A model generated the notes under the pieces. The model was not told where the DNA came from, did no database searches, and worked only from the letters and a program-made list of their open reading frames with translations. The position numbers and the translations under genes were made by a program. A DNA stretch of 64,000 bases from Magnetospirillaceae bacterium (GTDB lineage: Bacteria; Pseudomonadota; Alphaproteobacteria; Rhodospirillales; Magnetospirillaceae), in contig DASXEH010000036.1 of NCBI GenBank assembly GCA_036490215.1, forward strand, positions 133,208 to 197,207, in the 5' to 3' direction. Shown here one piece after another: positions 44,720 to 54,508 of the stretch (position 1 is the stretch's first letter; every line of letters starts with the position of its first letter).

Positions 44720-45727
44720 ATGAGCAAAATGAAGTCGTTCATCGAAGGCATGCCGAAATGCGAGCTTCATGTGCATATCGAGGGCACGCTCGAACCTGAG
44801 ATGAAGTTCGAGCTCGCCAAGCGCAACGGCATCAAGCTGCCTTATAAAAATGTGAAAGCATTGCGCGATGCCTATGACTTCGACTCGCTCACCTCATTCC
44901 TGGTCATCTATTACGAGGGCATGAGCGTTCTGGTCACGGAACAGGATTTCTACGATCTGGCCTACGCCTATCTGAAGAAGGCGCATTCGCAGAATGTGCG
45001 CTACGCCGAAATCTTCTTCGATCCGCAGCCGCATACGGGGCGCGGCGTGGCCTTCGATACGGTGATCCGCGGTTTGCGACGCGCCCAGATGGCGGCACGG
45101 CAGAAGCTGGGCATTCAGTCGCAACTGATCATGTGTTTCCTGCGCGACTGGAGCGCCGAATTCGCCATGACGACCCTCGTCCAGTCCCTGCCTTACAAGG
45201 ACTCGATCGTCGGTGTCGGCCTCGACTCGGACGAACGCGACAACCCGCCTGCTAAATTCGCCAAGGTTTTCGCGCGCGCCCGCCAGGAGGGCTATCTGCT
45301 CACCATGCATTGCGATGTCGATCAGAAGAACACGGTCGATCATATCTGGCAGGTGGTGCGCGATATCGGCGTCGACCGCATCGATCACGGCGTCAATTCG
45401 CTCGAGGACGAAAAACTCTGCGCCCAGATCAAGAAGAAGAACCTGGCACTGACGGTCTGCCCGATCTCGAACGCTTATGTGACCGACGGCACCAAGTCCG
45501 AAGCGATCAAGACGATGCTCGACAAAGGCATGCGCGTGACCGTGAACTCGGACGATCCGGCCTACTTCGCCGCCTATATGACGGAGAACCTGATCCGCAC
45601 GCAGAAGGATGTCGATCTCAGCAAAGCCGATGTGACGCGGCTGGCGGAGAATGCCTTCCGCAGCGCCTGGTTGCCGCCGGCGATGATCGAGTCTTATGTC
45701 GCTGAGTTGCGCGCCTACGGTGACTGA
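44720..45727 (+). CDS. adenosine/adenine deaminase family protein
   Basis: MPKCELHVHIEGTLEPE metal-binding motif and SDDPAYF near the C-terminus. The ATG at 44720 is preceded by gaggat. Confidence 0.9.
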   Translation: MSKMKSFIEGMPKCELHVHIEGTLEPEMKFELAKRNGIKLPYKNVKALRDAYDFDSLTSFLVIYYEGMSVLVTEQDFYDLAYAYLKKAHSQNVRYAEIFFDPQPHTGRGVAFDTVIRGLRRAQMAARQKLGIQSQLIMCFLRDWSAEFAMTTLVQSLPYKDSIVGVGLDSDERDNPPAKFAKVFARARQEGYLLTMHCDVDQKNTVDHIWQVVRDIGVDRIDHGVNSLEDEKLCAQIKKKNLALTVCPISNAYVTDGTKSEAIKTMLDKGMRVTVNSDDPAYFAAYMTENLIRTQKDVDLSKADVTRLAENAFRSAWLPPAMIESYVAELRAYGD

Positions 45728-46007
45728 CGGCGTCGCGCGGAAACGTTTTTCGGAAATTCGTTTTCGCAGAAATCCCCGGCCGATCGCAGGCCCGCAGGGT
45801 GGGATGGGGGAAAGGGCGAACCGCGCGACCGGCCGGAAATCGATAGCAAGCTAACATCTTGATGGACCGCACCCTAGTGCAGAGGCCGCATCCCTGCCAG
45901 CGCCGATGAACATGACGCCGTATCGATACGCATTCATCTTGTCAGTTTCGTCACCGCGGGCTAAGCGAACGCAGAACAGAACTCAATCGACGACAGGGAC
46001 GAAGTGA

Positions 46008-46988
46008 ATGACGGTTTCGTCGCAGTGCTGGGTGATAACCGACGGCAAAGCAGGCATGGAAAGCCAGTGCGTCGGACTGGCCGAAGTGTTGGGAATCGAA
46101 ACCACCATCAAGCGCACACGTCTTCGCTCGCCCTGGCGGCAACTCAGCCCGACTCTTTTGCGCGATGCGCCACTGCGCGCTTTGTCAAAACGCGCCGATC
46201 AATTGACGCCGCCTTTCCCGGACTTGCTGATCGCCAGCGGGCGGCAGAGCGTGCTCCCGTCTCTTCTTGTCGCGCGCGAAAGCGGCGGCAGCACATTCCG
46301 CGTCCAGATTCAGGACCCGGCCATCGATCCATCGCGCTTCGATCTGATCGTCGTGCCACGCCATGACAGGCTCCGTGGCGACAATGTCATCGTGACGCGC
46401 GGTTCGCTCCATCGCGTCAATGCCGCGAAACTGGCCGAGGCGCGGAACCATTTTGCGGCGCGCTTCGAGCATCTGCCGCATCCACGCATCGCGGTCTCCA
46501 TCGGCGGCGGCAACGGCGTGTTCGAGATGACGCCCGAGGTTATCATCCGGCTTGCGGACCAGTTGCGCGCCTTGGCCGATGGCGGCGCCTCGCTGATGGT
46601 GACGCCGTCACGCCGCACCGGCGCCGCTAACGAAGCGATCCTGCGCGAGAAACTGGCCGGCATCACCGGCGAAGTCTGGGACGGCACGGGCGAGAACCCC
46701 TACTTCGCCTATCTCGCGTTTGCCGACGCCATCATCGTCACCGAGGACAGCGTCAACATGGTTTCGGAAGCGGCCGCGACCGGCAAGCCGGTCCATCTCG
46801 TGTCGCTCTCGGGTGGATCGGCCAAGTTCCGGCGTTTCCGCGACTCGCTCGAGTCCGAAGGCGTGATCCGTCCTTTCGCGGGCCAGATCGAACACTGGAC
46901 CTATCCGATGGTCGACGACATGGCGACGGTGGCGCAGGCAGTGCGCGAGCGAACCGCGAAGCGGCAATCCTCCGCGAGGTCAGGATGA
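46008..46988 (+). CDS. ELM1/DUF1022 family protein (mitochondrial-fission ELM1-like, GT-B-like fold)
   Basis: 326 aa. CWVITDGKAGMESQCVGLAEVLG...LLIASGRQSV...DLIVVPRHD...VTEDSVNMVSEA is the characteristic ELM1-family pattern. Confidence 0.8.
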   Translation: MTVSSQCWVITDGKAGMESQCVGLAEVLGIETTIKRTRLRSPWRQLSPTLLRDAPLRALSKRADQLTPPFPDLLIASGRQSVLPSLLVARESGGSTFRVQIQDPAIDPSRFDLIVVPRHDRLRGDNVIVTRGSLHRVNAAKLAEARNHFAARFEHLPHPRIAVSIGGGNGVFEMTPEVIIRLADQLRALADGGASLMVTPSRRTGAANEAILREKLAGITGEVWDGTGENPYFAYLAFADAIIVTEDSVNMVSEAAATGKPVHLVSLSGGSAKFRRFRDSLESEGVIRPFAGQIEHWTYPMVDDMATVAQAVRERTAKRQSSARSG

Positions 46989-48124
46989 CCGAGCCGGTTT
47001 ACCAGCATCTCGGTCCCTTCAGCGATCTTGTCGCCGCAGCGCGCCTTCAGAAGCCGTTCTTCCCCACCTTGCCCGTCAAAGAGCTTCGCCCTCATGCGCG
47101 CGAGGTTCTGCGCTTCACCCTCGGCACCGAGCAACCTGTCGATCTGAAAATCGAACGGCGTTGGACGAGCGATGGCATCGATGGCGAAGAATTGTCCTGG
47201 TCGGTCGGCTTCGGACCACGCACACATGCCTTCCTTTTGCGCCCCGCCAGCAGCCGGCAGCAACTGCCCGGCGTTGTCGCGCTCTACGATCACGGGCATT
47301 ACAAATTCTACGGCAAGGAGAAGATCGCCGATGGCCCGGCGGGACCGATCCCGGCAGTCGTTGGGTTCCGCAATACCTATTACAGCGGCCGCGCCTATGC
47401 GAACGATCTCGCTCGCGAGGGTTTCGCCGTTCTGATCCACGACACATTCCTGTGGGGCAGCCGCAAGTTCCCGTTCGGCGCCTTTCCCGACGCCGACAAA
47501 ACCTTGGCCGACGCCGCGGGCGCCCTGCTCGCCCATGGCACGAATGATCCCGCCATCGATCGGTTCAATGGCGCGGCTTATCTCAACGAGCACATCGTTG
47601 CGCGCTATTGTGCGCTGCTGGGCACCAGCCTCGCGGCGATCATCGCCTATGAGGATCGTGTCGCGCTCAATGTCCTCGCGACGCGAGACGATGTCGATTC
47701 CCGCCAGCTTGGTTGCCTCGGCTTCTCTGGCGGCGGATTGCGCGCGGCCCTGCTCAATGCCACGGCCGACAATCTAGCGGCCAGTGTCGTCGCCGGAATG
47801 ATGAGCACCTATGACGAAATGCTCAGCACCGGCGTCGCGGCGCACACCTGGATGCTGTTTCCCACTGGCTGGAGCGCCTATGGCGATTGGTCCGATTTGG
47901 CTGCCAGCGCCGCCCCGATGCCGCTGATGGTTCAATGTGCTTTGGGCGATGCCCTGTTCACCGAAGCTGGCATGCGCACCGCCGACAAGCGCATCGCCGC
48001 ACGCTATGCCGAGTCCGGAGCCCCGCAGGCCTATCGCGGCCTGCTTTATCCTGGGCCGCATCGATTCGACGAAGAAATGCAACGGGCGGCCTTCGCCTGG
48101 TTGAGCGATACCCTCGCAGCTTAG
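46985..48124 (+). CDS. alpha/beta hydrolase (acetyl-esterase/dienelactone-hydrolase-like)
   Basis: 379 aa. Nucleophile elbow GFSGGG. Its ATG overlaps the ELM1-like stop (ATGA). Confidence 0.7.
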   Translation: MTEPVYQHLGPFSDLVAAARLQKPFFPTLPVKELRPHAREVLRFTLGTEQPVDLKIERRWTSDGIDGEELSWSVGFGPRTHAFLLRPASSRQQLPGVVALYDHGHYKFYGKEKIADGPAGPIPAVVGFRNTYYSGRAYANDLAREGFAVLIHDTFLWGSRKFPFGAFPDADKTLADAAGALLAHGTNDPAIDRFNGAAYLNEHIVARYCALLGTSLAAIIAYEDRVALNVLATRDDVDSRQLGCLGFSGGGLRAALLNATADNLAASVVAGMMSTYDEMLSTGVAAHTWMLFPTGWSAYGDWSDLAASAAPMPLMVQCALGDALFTEAGMRTADKRIAARYAESGAPQAYRGLLYPGPHRFDEEMQRAAFAWLSDTLAA

Positions 48125-48134
48125 TCGCCGTCCG

Positions 48135-48857
48135 CTAGCCGGCTTTGACCGCAACGGGTGCAGGCTCTTCCGTCTCGCCACGCCATCCGCAAGAGGTCAG
48201 CGCCTCAGCCATATGCGCGGGCACGGGCGCGGTGACTTGTACAGCCGGCTTGCTCGGATAGAGCGGCACCGAGACGGCACGCGCGTGAAGATGCAGATGC
48301 GGCGAGACCATATCGGCCGTGCCGGCGCCATAAGTGCGATCACCGATGATCGGGCAACCGATGGAAGCAAGGTGAACGCGGATCTGATGGGTGCGTCCCG
48401 TGCGTGGGTGACATTCGATCCAGGAAATCCGCCCGCTGCGCCCCAGCAGCTTCCATTCCGTCAGTGAAGCTTGCCCTTTGTCGTCGGTCTTCACCTTCCA
48501 GCTCCATGCCGGCCCTACTTTGGCGAGCGGCTTGTCGATGATCCCGGCTTCGCCCGGCGGCTCGCCGACCACGACGGCCCAATAGGTCTTCTCGACGCGG
48601 CCACTCGAGAAAAGCGCACCGAGCTTGCGCAGCGCCTGGCGGTGTCGCCCTAGGACGAGACAGCCTGAGGTGTCGCGGTCGAGCCGATGGGCCAATTCGG
48701 GCGACCGCGGCAGGCCGAAGCGCAGAACGTCGAGATAGAGTCCGAGGTTGTGGTCCGATTTGCTGCCGGCATGGACGGCCAGCCCTGCGGGCTTGTCGAT
48801 CACCAACATGAGCGCGTCGCGATACAGCACGCGGCTCTTGATCTCGTCTTGCATCAT
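48135..48857 (-). CDS. RluA-family pseudouridine synthase
   Basis: 240 aa. Catalytic-Asp motif HRLDRDTSGCLVLG. Confidence 0.9.
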   Translation of the reverse strand: MMQDEIKSRVLYRDALMLVIDKPAGLAVHAGSKSDHNLGLYLDVLRFGLPRSPELAHRLDRDTSGCLVLGRHRQALRKLGALFSSGRVEKTYWAVVVGEPPGEAGIIDKPLAKVGPAWSWKVKTDDKGQASLTEWKLLGRSGRISWIECHPRTGRTHQIRVHLASIGCPIIGDRTYGAGTADMVSPHLHLHARAVSVPLYPSKPAVQVTAPVPAHMAEALTSCGWRGETEEPAPVAVKAG

Positions 48858-48917
48858 GGTGGGGATGATACTCCCGAGACACGCAGCCGCGCATCTCGGG
48901 AGTTGAATAGATAAGCG

Positions 48918-50366
48918 TCAGACTTCGCTTGTATAGGCGCTGGCCGAGCCGCCGTTGGCTTCCGACAACAGATTATAGGCCTGCACCGCGGACGCGGCCT
49001 GAGAGTTGGCCGCCGAAGACACCTGCTCATCGACCTGGAACTGGCCGGTGTAGATCGAAATCTGATTGTTCAGGCTGGTGATGTTCTGCGCCACCTGACC
49101 GTATTGGCCCGAATACTGCTGCACCACCTGGGTGAGCGCCCCGGCAACGGCTGAAAGGACGCTGCTCACGCCGTTGGGGTCGTTCTGATAAGCGGCGCTC
49201 AAGGTGCTGGTATCGACCGCGTAGGTGCCATCGGACTGCTCGGTGACGCCGATCTGCGACAGAAGTTCAGTCTGCCCCGAACCGTAGGTCTGGTTCAGGG
49301 CCAAGTTGATGTCGGCCTCGAACATGTTGACCGTCGAGGGATCGCTGTTCAGCGGCCCCCCGGATTGTGTGAACTGACCGAGCGTCTGGAGCATGCCGGA
49401 GATCGTCGAGGCCAGGCTATTCGCGGCATTTGTAATCGATGTCGGCGCTTCCGGCTGGCTGATGATCGTGCTGCCCGTCGTCAGCAGATTGATGTTGATG
49501 CCCGACGCGACTGGAACGCCTTGGTTCGTGGGCGACGACAGCTGCGAGCCGTTGACCGAATATTCGGCGTCCTGAGCCGCTTGGACCGAACCGGCGTAAT
49601 TCGTCGAATTGGTCGAAGAATCGGTCCCGTAATTCAAAGTGCTCAGGCTGGCCGCCGAGCTGCCTGTGTCGGTACCGGTGATCTCGAAGCCATTGGCGCC
49701 ACCGGTATCGGGGCCTGTCAGCTGAATCTGATAGTCCTGGTTGCCGGTCGTGCTCTGCACCAGCTTGGCGGTCACGCCGGTATTGGCATTGTTGATCGCG
49801 GTGACGACGCCCTGCAGGCTGCCATCGGTGATGTTGACCTTGATCGCCGACCCATTGGAGCTGAACGAGCCGCCATTGGCGCTGCTCACATTGCCGAGCT
49901 GAATGGTCAGGGAGCCGGTGTTGTACACCTGGGTGGCGGTTGTCGAGAAACCGGGAGTCGTCGTCGTGTCTGTGGTGGTGAGCCCGGTCTGGACCTGCTG
50001 CTGCTGCGCCAACTGCGTCACATTGACCGCAAGATTGGTCGCAGCCGTCGGCGCGATATAGGCCACACCCGTGTTCGACGACGTGATGCCCGCGTTTGCC
50101 GATTGATACGGCGCGGTCAGAACACTGAGGAATGCGCTTTGGAGCTGACCTAGCGTCGAGCTGAATTCCGTATAGGCCGAAAGCTGGCTCTGCGATGTCT
50201 GGATTTGCTCAAGATCGTACTGCGCCAGCGACGAAAGGTTGCTGCTCGAGGTGGTGCTGCCCGACGAGCTCGACGACGAACTCGAGCTGCTGCTCGAGGA
50301 CGAACTTGAGCCCAGAAGCCCTGACAGAATATTCGCTGTGGATGCTGAGACGCCGCTAATACTCAT
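48918..50366 (-). CDS. flagellar filament cap protein FliD homologue (orphan, Ser/Thr/Gln-rich)
   Basis: 482 aa. Blocks are collinear with E. coli FliD as I recall it: QLSAYTEFSSTLGQLQSAF; LAVNVTQLAQQQQV; VTAINNANTGVTAKLVQ...YQIQLTGPDTG; AAQDAEYSVNGSQLSSPTNQG...SGININL; LLSQIGVTEQSDGTYAVDTSTLSAAYQNDPNGV. SD aggag upstream. Confidence 0.8.
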   Translation of the reverse strand: MSISGVSASTANILSGLLGSSSSSSSSSSSSSSSSGSTTSSSNLSSLAQYDLEQIQTSQSQLSAYTEFSSTLGQLQSAFLSVLTAPYQSANAGITSSNTGVAYIAPTAATNLAVNVTQLAQQQQVQTGLTTTDTTTTPGFSTTATQVYNTGSLTIQLGNVSSANGGSFSSNGSAIKVNITDGSLQGVVTAINNANTGVTAKLVQSTTGNQDYQIQLTGPDTGGANGFEITGTDTGSSAASLSTLNYGTDSSTNSTNYAGSVQAAQDAEYSVNGSQLSSPTNQGVPVASGININLLTTGSTIISQPEAPTSITNAANSLASTISGMLQTLGQFTQSGGPLNSDPSTVNMFEADINLALNQTYGSGQTELLSQIGVTEQSDGTYAVDTSTLSAAYQNDPNGVSSVLSAVAGALTQVVQQYSGQYGQVAQNITSLNNQISIYTGQFQVDEQVSSAANSQAASAVQAYNLLSEANGGSASAYTSEV

Positions 50367-50572
50367 TCTGATCTCCTAGGCCGCGACTGCCCCCTTGAAT
50401 CCGCGAAACGCGATTCTCGCGCCTCTTAGCCGATTCGGTCTGGCAAACTATACCAAACTCGCCACAAATCGTCACCGCTTTTCGACCCCTCAAAAGGGCC
50501 AAAAACCTATGGGATTCCAACAGTATTTATAGACTAGGTTAAGATTTGGTGACATTTCCTTTATTTAATCTT

Positions 50573-50590
50573 TTGTCCACATTTTGTCCA
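50573..50590 (+). promoter_or_regulatory. candidate Pho box upstream of pstS
   Basis: TTGTCCA-CATT-TTGTCCA: a 7+4+7 direct-repeat architecture reading toward pstS, 57 nt before its ATG, in an AT-rich gap. Confidence 0.6.
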
Positions 50591-50646
50591 TATCCCTTAC
50601 GTATGTTCCGAGCGTTCGCGAACCGCGACAGCTTCCGGAGATAATC

Positions 50647-51705
50647 ATGAAATCGAGCCTGAGAGCCTTTCTCGGCGCGGCCCTCGTCGGCGCAGCCGGC
50701 TGCCTCGCCCTGTCCGTTTCGGCCCATGCGGGTGAAATTACGGGCGCTGGTGCCACCTTCCCCTACCCGGCCTATGCCAAATGGGCGGCGGCGTATAAGG
50801 ATAAGAGCGGCGTTGCCCTGAACTACCAGTCGATCGGTTCGGGCGGCGGCATCAAGCAAATCAAGGCGAAGACAGTCGATTTCGGCGCGTCGGACATGCC
50901 CCTCGAGCCTAAGGACCTGAACGAGTCGGGTCTGTTCCAGTGGCCGATGATCATGGGCGGCGTCGTCCCCGTCGTGAACATCCCCGGCGTTTCAGCCGGC
51001 CAGGTCCTCCTCACCGGTCCGGTTCTCGCCGATCTCTACTTGGGCAAGATCACCAAGTGGAACGATCCGGCCATTACCAAGTTGAACCCCAGTGTGAAGT
51101 TTCCTGACCTCGCCGTCGCGGTCGTGCACCGTTCGGACGGGTCGGGCACCAGCTTCCTCTTCACCAGCTACCTGTCTCAGGTGAGCGGCGATTGGGACAA
51201 CAAGGTCGGCGCCAATACGGCCGTCGAATGGCCGGTCGGCATCGGCGGCAAGGGCAACGAAGGCGTCGCCAATTTCACGGGCCAGACCCCGGGCGCCATC
51301 GGCTATGTTGAATATGCTTATGCTCTGCAGAACAAGTTGGCCTTCACCAAGATGATGAGCCGCGACGGCGCGATCGTGTCGCCGGAAATGAAGGCCTTCT
51401 CCTCGGCCGCCGCGAATGCGGACTGGGCGAATGCGCCTGGCTTCAAGCTTGTGCTGGTCAACCAGCCGGGCCAGGATAGCTGGCCGATCACTGGCGCCAG
51501 CTTCATCCTCCTGCACAAGTCTCAGGACAAACCTGAGCAGGCCAAAGAGGTGCTTAAATTCTTCGATTGGGCCTATCACAACGGTGGTCCTGCTGCCGAA
51601 GAATTGGCGTATGTGCCAATTCCGGACAACGTCGTGAAGCTCGTCGAAGCCGCTTGGAGCAAGAATATCTCCGGTGGCAGCACGCCCATCTGGCCAGCGA
51701 ACTAA
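50647..51705 (+). CDS. pstS: phosphate ABC transporter substrate-binding protein
   Basis: ATG after ggagataatc. Signal peptide, then GAGATFPYPAYAKWAAAYK...HRSDGSGTSF, typical PstS. Confidence 0.93.
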   Translation: MKSSLRAFLGAALVGAAGCLALSVSAHAGEITGAGATFPYPAYAKWAAAYKDKSGVALNYQSIGSGGGIKQIKAKTVDFGASDMPLEPKDLNESGLFQWPMIMGGVVPVVNIPGVSAGQVLLTGPVLADLYLGKITKWNDPAITKLNPSVKFPDLAVAVVHRSDGSGTSFLFTSYLSQVSGDWDNKVGANTAVEWPVGIGGKGNEGVANFTGQTPGAIGYVEYAYALQNKLAFTKMMSRDGAIVSPEMKAFSSAAANADWANAPGFKLVLVNQPGQDSWPITGASFILLHKSQDKPEQAKEVLKFFDWAYHNGGPAAEELAYVPIPDNVVKLVEAAWSKNISGGSTPIWPAN

Positions 51706-51799
51706 GGAAAGAGGGCGGCGCCTTCGCGGCGCCGCCCTTGTTCTCGCCATGGATGCTCAAGCTGAAGCTCTCGTTCAACCCGCGGAGTCAGATCGCGTC

Positions 51800-52735
51800 A
51801 TGAACCCGCGGCGTCCCATTATGACGGAAGGCCTCTTCCGTGGCCTGACCCTGTCGGCAGCAGCGTTGCTTCTGGCCGCGCTGATCGGCATAGGGTTGTT
51901 GCTCATCCTGCAAAGCCAGTTGTCGCTGGCGGCCTTCGGTCTCGGCTTCCTGACGACCGATATCTGGAACCCCGTCAAAGAACATTTCGGCGCGCTGGCT
52001 GCCATCTACGGCACGCTGATGACATCGCTGATCGCGATGGTGGTGGGTGTTCCGCTGGCGCTTGGCGTTACCTTCTTCCTCGCCGAACTCTGCCCCTTCG
52101 CCCTGCGCGGCCCGCTCTCGGTCGCCATCGAATTGCTAGCCGCCGTGCCGAGCATCATCTTCGGCATGTGGGGCCTGTTCGTTCTTGCGCCATTCCTGGC
52201 CGCCTATATCCAGCCCGCACTGATCGCCGTGCTGGGACCGATCCCGCTGATCGGCGCCTTGTTCCAGGGCCCGCCTTTCGGCATCGGCATGCTGACCGCC
52301 GGACTGATCCTGGGCGTGATGATCCTGCCCTACATCACCGCAGTCGCGCGTCAAGTGATTGCGACCGTACCGCCGATGCTGCGCGAAGCCGCCTATGGCG
52401 TCGGTGCGACGCGCTGGGAAGTGTTCCGCCGCGTTCTCATTCCGTATGCGTCGCGTGGCCTGCTCGGCGGCGTGATGCTCGGCCTGGGCCGCGCGCTGGG
52501 TGAGACCATGGCGGTGACCTTCGTGATCGGCAACGCGCATCACCTGGCAGCATCCCTGCTCGCCCCGGGCACCACGATCTCGGCGAGCCTGGCTAACGAA
52601 TTCACCGAGGCGGAAAGCGACCTCTATCAGTCGAGTCTCTTGGAACTCGGCTTGATCCTGTTCGTTCTCACTTTTGTGGTTCTGGCCGCCGCGCGGTTCA
52701 TGTTGGCCAGCGCTGGCCGCAAGGTGAAGGTATGA
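51800..52735 (+). CDS. pstC: phosphate ABC transporter permease PstC
   Basis: In frame within track ORF 51674-52735. Polytopic. Contains the EAA-loop-like [15 protein letters not shown]. The start is uncertain (51800 or 51821). Confidence 0.9.
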   Translation: MNPRRPIMTEGLFRGLTLSAAALLLAALIGIGLLLILQSQLSLAAFGLGFLTTDIWNPVKEHFGALAAIYGTLMTSLIAMVVGVPLALGVTFFLAELCPFALRGPLSVAIELLAAVPSIIFGMWGLFVLAPFLAAYIQPALIAVLGPIPLIGALFQGPPFGIGMLTAGLILGVMILPYITAVARQVIATVPPMLREAAYGVGATRWEVFRRVLIPYASRGLLGGVMLGLGRALGETMAVTFVIGNAHHLAASLLAPGTTISASLANEFTEAESDLYQSSLLELGLILFVLTFVVLAAARFMLASAGRKVKV

Positions 52736-53580
52736 CCCCCGAACGTGCCATCCTCGTCCGGCGTCGGACGTCTGAGTTCATCGCTGTCGGCTTGGCGTGG
52801 TGTGCGACCGCGATCGGCATCGCCGTCCTGGCGCTGATCCTGTTCGAGTTGCTGCGTCGCGGCCTTTCCTCGATGCAGCTCGACACCTTCACCAAATCGA
52901 CGCCGCCACCTGGCGCGGTCGGCGGTTTGCTGAATGCCATAGTCGGCAGTTTGTTGATGACGGGCCTTGCCATCATCGTCGCGACACCGGTCGGCGTTCT
53001 TGCCGGCACGTGGCTGGCCGAGTATGGCCGCGATGGGCGTCTGGCGGCGGTGATCCGCTTCCTCAACGACACGCTACTCAGCGCGCCGTCGATCATCATC
53101 GGCCTCTTCGTCTACGGCATTGCCGTGGCGCCGTTTCATCACTTCTCCGGTTGGGCCGGCGCCATTGCGCTGGCTCTGATCGCGCTGCCGGTGATCGTGC
53201 GCACGACCGAAGACATGATGAGCCTGATCCCCGAATCACTGCGCGAAGCGGGTATGGCGATCGGCGCGCCGCGGTGGCGCGTGATCGTCAGCATCGCCTA
53301 TCGCGCGGCCGCCAGCGGCATCAGCACCGGCGTGCTGCTGGCCGTGGCGCGCATCTCGGGCGAAACGGCGCCGCTGCTCTTCACGGCTCTGAACAACCAA
53401 TTCATGGCGCCCTCGATCAACGAACCGATGTCGAGTTTGCCGGTAGTGATCTTCCAATTCGCCATGAGCCCCTATCCCAATTGGCAGCAATTGGCTTGGG
53501 CCGGTGCCCTATTGATCAGCGTCGCCGTCCTGGCCCTCAACATCGTGGCGCGCTTGGTCGCCCGACGGAGCTCTCCATGA
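52732..53580 (+). CDS. pstA: phosphate ABC transporter permease PstA
   Basis: 282 aa. Overlaps the pstC stop. Contains [15 protein letters not shown]. Confidence 0.92.
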   Translation: MTPERAILVRRRTSEFIAVGLAWCATAIGIAVLALILFELLRRGLSSMQLDTFTKSTPPPGAVGGLLNAIVGSLLMTGLAIIVATPVGVLAGTWLAEYGRDGRLAAVIRFLNDTLLSAPSIIIGLFVYGIAVAPFHHFSGWAGAIALALIALPVIVRTTEDMMSLIPESLREAGMAIGAPRWRVIVSIAYRAAASGISTGVLLAVARISGETAPLLFTALNNQFMAPSINEPMSSLPVVIFQFAMSPYPNWQQLAWAGALLISVAVLALNIVARLVARRSSP

Positions 53581-54386
53581 ACACGATCAATTCTGTGTCG
53601 ATTTCTGCCGAGAACGGCCAGAACGGCGCGGCCCCGCCTGCCAAGATTCAAGTGCGCAACCTCGACTTCTTCTACGGCAAGCACAAGGCGCTCAAGACGA
53701 TCAATATGGATTTCCTTGATCGCCGCGTGACGACGCTGATCGGCCCGTCGGGCTGCGGCAAGTCGACACTGCTGCGCACGCTGAACCGTATCTCCGAATA
53801 CCCGGGCCAGCGCGCCGAAGGCTCGATCCTGCTCGATGGCGAGAACATTCTCGAGATCACGAAGGATCTGACGGCGCTGCGCGCACGTGTCGGCATGGTG
53901 TTCCAGAAGCCGACCCCCTTCCCGATGTCGATCTACGACAACATCGCCTTCCCGGTCGGCCTCTATCGCCGCCTCGGCCGCGCCGATATGGACGCCGAGG
54001 TCGAATCGGCCCTGCGCCGCGCCGCGCTGTGGGAAGAGGTAAAGGACAAGCTGCGCCAGAGCGGCCTCTCGCTCTCGGGCGGTCAACAGCAGCGTCTGTG
54101 CATCGCCCGCGCGATCGCCATCAAGCCGGAAGTGCTACTGCTCGACGAGCCCTGCTCGGCGCTCGATCCGATCTCGACCGCGCTGATCGACGATCTAGTG
54201 TGGGAACTGCGCCAGGACTACTGCGTGGTCATCGTGACTCACAACATGCAACAGGCTGCCCGCGTCGGTGATTACACTGGCTTCATGTTCCTGGGCGAGT
54301 TGATCGAATTCGGCGAGACCGAAACGATCTTCAGCAACCCGACCGAGAAGAAGACACAGGACTACATCACCGGCCGCTTCGGCTAA
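53577..54386 (+). CDS. pstB: phosphate ABC transporter ATP-binding protein
   Basis: The ATG overlaps the pstA stop (ATGA). Walker [36 protein letters not shown]. The upstream 260 codons of track ORF 52797-54386 are an out-of-frame read-through of pstA. Confidence 0.95.
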   Translation: MNTINSVSISAENGQNGAAPPAKIQVRNLDFFYGKHKALKTINMDFLDRRVTTLIGPSGCGKSTLLRTLNRISEYPGQRAEGSILLDGENILEITKDLTALRARVGMVFQKPTPFPMSIYDNIAFPVGLYRRLGRADMDAEVESALRRAALWEEVKDKLRQSGLSLSGGQQQRLCIARAIAIKPEVLLLDEPCSALDPISTALIDDLVWELRQDYCVVIVTHNMQQAARVGDYTGFMFLGELIEFGETETIFSNPTEKKTQDYITGRFG

Positions 54387-54404
54387 GCGGGAAACGGCCC
54401 ATCC

Positions 54405-54494
54405 TTCGAGGCTTGCGAGTGCAAGCACCTCAGGATGAGGACTTTCCAAAAAGGGACCTCATGGTGAGGTGCTTCGCGCAAGCGAAGCCTCGAA
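54405..54494. repeat. palindromic element (family D)
   Basis: TTCGAGGCTTGCGAGTGCAAGCACCTCAGGATGAGG ... CCTCATGGTGAGGTGCTTCGCGCAAGCGAAGCCTCGAA. Arms of about 35 bp around a 17-nt loop, between the convergent pstB and response regulator genes. Confidence 0.8.
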
Positions 54495-54508
54495 CCGTGA
54501 GCTTCCAC

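Noticed and set aside
45728-46007. A 280-bp gap between the adenine-deaminase-like gene and the ELM1-like gene, examined for an sRNA or small ORF.
   Set aside because: I could see no convincing hairpin-plus-U-tract, promoter or SD-led ORF.
48871-48902. Hairpin ctcccgaga-N14-tctcgggag just downstream of the FliD-like stop.
   Set aside because: It is plausibly a transcript-end structure. However, the loop is large, no U-tract follows on the minus strand, and it overlaps the rluA-family promoter/leader region. I did not list it as a terminator.
49365-50153. 262-aa + strand ORF inside the FliD-like gene.
   Set aside because: It is an antisense shadow ORF. The minus-strand frame has block-by-block FliD similarity and a good SD.
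50400-50440. Sigma54-like TGGTAT-N-TTGC sequence upstream of the FliD-like gene (minus strand).
   Set aside because: The GG-to-GC spacing is 2 nt shorter than the -24/-12 consensus, so I do not call it a sigma54 promoter.
52797-53576. The N-terminal 260 codons of the 529-aa ORF that ends as pstB. The long upstream extensions of the ORFs containing livG, livF, pstS, pstC, the deaminase, the oxygenase, MarC and LysR are the same kind of case.
   Set aside because: These extensions overlap the preceding, well-supported genes in another frame. Internal ATGs with stop/start overlaps or SD sequences give proteins of canonical length.
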